64,000 nt of DNA from Anaeramoeba ignava BMAN (taxonomy: Eukaryota > Protista > Anaeramoebae): assembly GCA_028826165.1 (NCBI GenBank), contig JAPDFW010000136.1, positions 372,001 through 436,000 on the forward strand, in the 5' to 3' direction. A program made the position numbers and the translations under genes. Positions 63,901 through 64,000 of the stretch are shown piece by piece; within the stretch, counting starts at the first letter, position 1, and the number at the start of each line of letters is the position of its first letter. The notes beneath the pieces were generated by a model. It worked only from the letters and a program-made list of their open reading frames with translations. It was not told the origin of the DNA and made no database searches.

Positions 63901-64000
63901 ACTTTGCTTTGAATTGATGACAGTAATTTTCTCAAAGAGTGAACGATGTTAACCCCAATATATTGAGTATCAATATTCTGTAAAAGAAAAGAAAGCATCA
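57981..64000 (-). CDS. Second BEACH-domain protein (PH-BEACH-WD40), 3' part, extends beyond the window end
   Basis: [92 protein letters not shown]. Intron 59972..60151. One-base frameshift near 60918. Confidence 0.92.

Overview
Very AT-rich, gene-dense eukaryotic (protist) nuclear DNA read in the standard genetic code, with GT-AG introns, N/Q-rich low-complexity tracts in proteins, and long introns filled with 12-15 bp satellites. Its style and a nuclear intein suggest an Anaeramoeba-like anaerobic amoeba, but this is inference only. I can support 15 protein-coding genes: a P4-ATPase flippase (partial), an LRR protein with acidic LF motifs, a Q/N-rich bZIP-like protein, an MTH1/NUDT1 Nudix hydrolase, two paralogous BEACH-WD40 proteins, a BAR-like coiled-coil protein, a 5xSH3 adaptor, RAD51C, ARPC5, a Nup188-like nucleoporin, a PSTAIRE CDK, a BRO1-CaaX (BROX-like) protein, a PH-PH-RUN-RUN protein and RBM39. 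Two features stand out. (1) A 329-aa intein sits exactly in the Walker A motif of RAD51C (GTGK|TQ). It starts with Ser, carries the Trp-B12/Cys-F4/Thr-G5 signature of class 3 inteins, and has a degenerate LAGLIDADG endonuclease. (2) A satellite-embedded cluster of tRNA-like genes has near-identical cloverleaf bodies but unrelated, oversized (11 and 12 nt) anticodon loops, plus a 3'-half-only third copy. Several single-base frameshifts in homopolymer runs look like assembly errors. Exon boundaries were read by eye and are approximate unless stated.
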